From: Owenia fusiformis
Taxonomy: Eukaryota
DNA length: 64,000 nucleotides
Assembly: GCA_903813345.2 (NCBI GenBank)
Contig: CAIIXF020000001.1
Coordinates: 10,106,001-10,170,000, forward strand
Direction of reading: 5' to 3'
The notes under the pieces are model-generated. The model was given only the letters and a program-made list of their open reading frames with translations. It did not search any database and was not told the DNA's origin. Position numbers and translations under genes: made by a program. How positions within the stretch are numbered: position 1 is the stretch's first letter; the number at the start of each line of letters is the position of its first letter. Shown here in pieces: positions 61,301-64,000 of this stretch.

Positions 61301-63814
61301 TACATAACTTTGTATCCTCTTTAATGGTTGTTCATATCCATTTACATTAGGTGTATCTGCGTGTATTTGTTTTGTAGTTGGTGCTGCCACTGCTATCAGT
61401 CCATTAGAACTCATCAGAACTAAAATGCAGTCTCAACAACTAAGCTATACCCAAATAGGCCAAGCAGTAAAAAGCACCATCGGTCAGACAGGCCTCTTGT
61501 CTGTTATGAGGGGACTTGGGCCAACCATACTCAGGGATGTGCCCTTTTCAGGTAAAATATTCAAGTAGTCTTGATAAATGATGAATGATTCTTTATTCAT
61601 TTCCAAATTTTGTTTACTAGCTAGGTAATCAGTTATCACATGTTTCAGTGTGTGATACTGGAAATCTTCCTCGTAAGTAAAATTGTATCACCACGAAAAC
61701 GAAGCTTGAGTGGTGATACATTTTTCCTTGAGTGGAAGATTTCCTGTATCACACAAGCTGAAAGGTGTGATGACGATTTTATCACATACTATGTTAAATT
61801 TTAGTAATTTGATTGGGCAATACGTACGGCTACTTCTCATTACATGAAAAACAGCCAACAACAATCAGTAACTAGAACGATCAATAACAAACAATCTAAA
61901 ATATTACTTTGTTACGTCATGGACCCATTTCTTCCTTGTGTACCCGTTCAATTTAGTAATGACGTCAGTGTCCTAGGCAAATATAGGACACATCATAACT
62001 CGTTGCCTCTTGTAACATGTGAGATGGGAAAACCCACACAGTAATCAACCAACCAGATTACCAGAATTTTACATAGTATAGTAAAGTTCTATTTATGTAA
62101 TATTCCTTGCAATGTAATTATGGTAGTTGCTGAATTTACTGCTGAAGTTATCAATCTAAATTGAACAGGATCAGGCCCGTAGCCAGAATTTTCCAAGGGG
62201 GTTCACTTTTCCAAAAAATTCTAGGGGGGGTTACTTTGGCAAAGGACGATTCTCGGTTTGGAGAACGAAGTTCATCAATCTAAATGAGCATTATCCCTGC
62301 TTCGGACAAATTTGATTTTTTTACATAATATAGATTTGAATGTCTTCTTTTGAATAGTCATAATTTAATTTGGGTAATATTTCTAGATTTTTCGCAAAAA
62401 AATATTAGCGCAGTACACTGATGAACTTCTTTCCCCAAATCGAGACTTGTATTTGTTATTTTTACATCTTGTAGATTTAAATGTCCTCTTTTGAATATTC
62501 ATAGTTTAATTTGGGTAATATTTCTATATTTTTCATGAAAATTTTTTTAGCCCAGGAGGCTGCTCTCCAAACCGAGAATCGTCCTTTGGCCAAAAATCAC
62601 TCAAAAAATAGTCAGAATGGTGAAAAACTGCATAATTTTGGCCAGGGCGGGGATCGGGGGGTGGGGGGTTCGCCAGGCTATGGGCCTAAGGATTTTGTAA
62701 AAATATCTAATAGCATAGAAACTAGAAAGGAATCTCATAGTCATTCTTGTATGTCATGTGTAGTTTCATAAAATGCTCTGGAAATGATGCGTAAGGGACA
62801 AGTGACATCTTTAAATACTACACAGAGTTATAAGGCTCAACATGAAGTTTATCAACCTAGGATTTATAGATGTCACTAGGACAAAAGGTTTCAAAATGCA
62901 ATTTCAAATTTTTTGTTTAATGGATATTTGTTGTATACTCCAGGTGGTGTACACAATGTGTATATAATGTACATCTCCATGAAAATTTAATTTCAATTTG
63001 ACAATCTTCTAAATGGCACATGATTTTGGTGAAAACAACAACCAGAGAAAACAAAATATTGTTTTACATTTCAGCTATTTACTGGTTTGGTTATGAGTCC
63101 ATGAAGTCCTATATTATAAGAACACAGAGCATAGAACACCCATCATTTCTACAATGTTTCGGTGCAGGAGCTATTGCTGGTTCAGTAAGTCCTCTAAATT
63201 ATCATCTACATGTACAGTAAAACCTGAAATAATGACCACCTCTTTAATTTGAACATCTCTCAATGTGAGCACCGTTTTGGTTCCATTTTTTAATATCCCA
63301 TATACTCTACACTTTCATGTGAAAAAAACTCGATATGTGAACACCTTCTAATCTAAACATTTTTGGCAGATCCTATTGGTGTTCGGATAAGATAGGTTTT
63401 ACTGTATGCTTCATCTGGGTTTTTCTAGTCAGCTGTATTGTTTGATGACATTGTCACTGTGGGGCTTATGCCACGTTGATATATGGATAATATAGGTTGT
63501 AATGTTGAATAACATTTGAAAAGACAGGATTATTCCATTCGAATAATCATCACATCTTATGTTTTCAAAATTCTTGATAGGAGAGGTCTCAAAATTGTCA
63601 AAAAGTGGTTTCTATGACCCACCCGATGCATTTGTTACTTACTTTTCTTTACTTTTTCAAATGCCATTTTATAATAGAATATGTCAGCTGTCTCTGTTTG
63701 TCATAAGTGAATTTACAATGTTCATATTTCAGGTAGCAGGGGTCATCACTCTACCCTTTGATGTTGTGAAGACACATAGACAGATAGAACTCGGAGAGAT
63801 AGAGTTAAGAAAAG
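58311..63814 (+). CDS. SLC25A40: Mitochondrial glutathione carrier SLC25A39/SLC25A40 (Shawn-like), first seven coding exons; continues beyond the window
   Basis: Exons 58311-58410, 59837-60024, 60502-60569, 60997-61124, 61378-61551, 63075-63184 and 63733-63814; phases 1,0,2,1,1,0. Three carrier signatures ([30 protein letters not shown]) plus the family loop CF.YCNGLMD....C.C and [23 protein letters not shown]. Confidence 0.95.
61632..61774. repeat. Long imperfect hairpin, probably a palindromic non-autonomous element
   Basis: ~63-bp arms (…GTGTGATAC.GGAAATCTTCC…TGTATCACCAC / GTGGTGATACA…GGAAGATTTCC.GTATCACAC…) around a ~15-nt loop. Confidence 0.8.
62241..62587. mobile_element. TIR element nested in a CAGGCCCGTAGCC MITE
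   Basis: 24-bp perfect TIR AAAGGACGATTCTCGGTTTGGAGA, apparent GGC TSD, and an internal ~60-bp direct duplication. Confidence 0.75.
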
Positions 63815-63842
63815 GTAATAAAATACTGTTCTAATATTTCAT

Positions 63843-63995
63843 TATGTCACCACCACAAATGGTGACATATTTTTATTGTCTCCAACTATTTTGTGGATGG
63901 TGTTTGGTGGTTGGTTTCGGCATGGGCTTTCAACTAGAATTGAAATTAAAAGCCCATGGTTTCGGTGGTCAGCATTCGGCATCTGTAATAAATCA
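63843..63995 (+). mobile_element. Short Helentron-associated element (family with at least 8 copies in the window)
   Basis: TTATGTCACCACCACAAATGGTGACATA 5' hairpin and GGT/GTT-rich core. Other copies lie at ~3461-3523, 26206-26331, 46339-46434 (+47498-47512), 48795-48900, 53793-53940, 59700-59809 and 60405-60487. Confidence 0.65.
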
Positions 63996-64000
63996 TGTAA

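Overview
AT-rich animal genomic DNA. The repeat families look mollusc/lophotrochozoan-like, but that is inference. I reconstructed five spliced genes by hand with phase-consistent GT-AG introns. Four are on the minus strand: the 5' part of CIMAP2/LEXM, a complete GIPC PDZ adaptor, a complete 13-exon secreted, probably GPI-anchored DUF7042/7043/7044-type protein, and a divergent TSPAN13/31-type tetraspanin. The fifth is SLC25A39/40 on the plus strand, head-to-head with the tetraspanin and running off the window end. The most notable feature is in the tetraspanin: two tandem, intact, highly diverged versions of the exon encoding the cysteine-rich variable part of the large extracellular loop, only 44 nt apart, which predicts sterically enforced mutually exclusive splicing. 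The same gene has a U12-type intron and a 10-Cys EC2. The introns are dense with non-autonomous transposons. These include three unrelated 5'-CACG-ended elements with 5-bp target duplications (Transib/RAG-transposon-like signature; one is a ~1 kb near-perfect hairpin), a tRNA-containing solo LTR (Helenus-type TRIM) nested in one of them, CAG-ended 5-bp-TSD MITEs, mariner/Tc1 relics and strand-biased Helentron-associated elements. No database searches were possible, so family names rest on recognised motifs.
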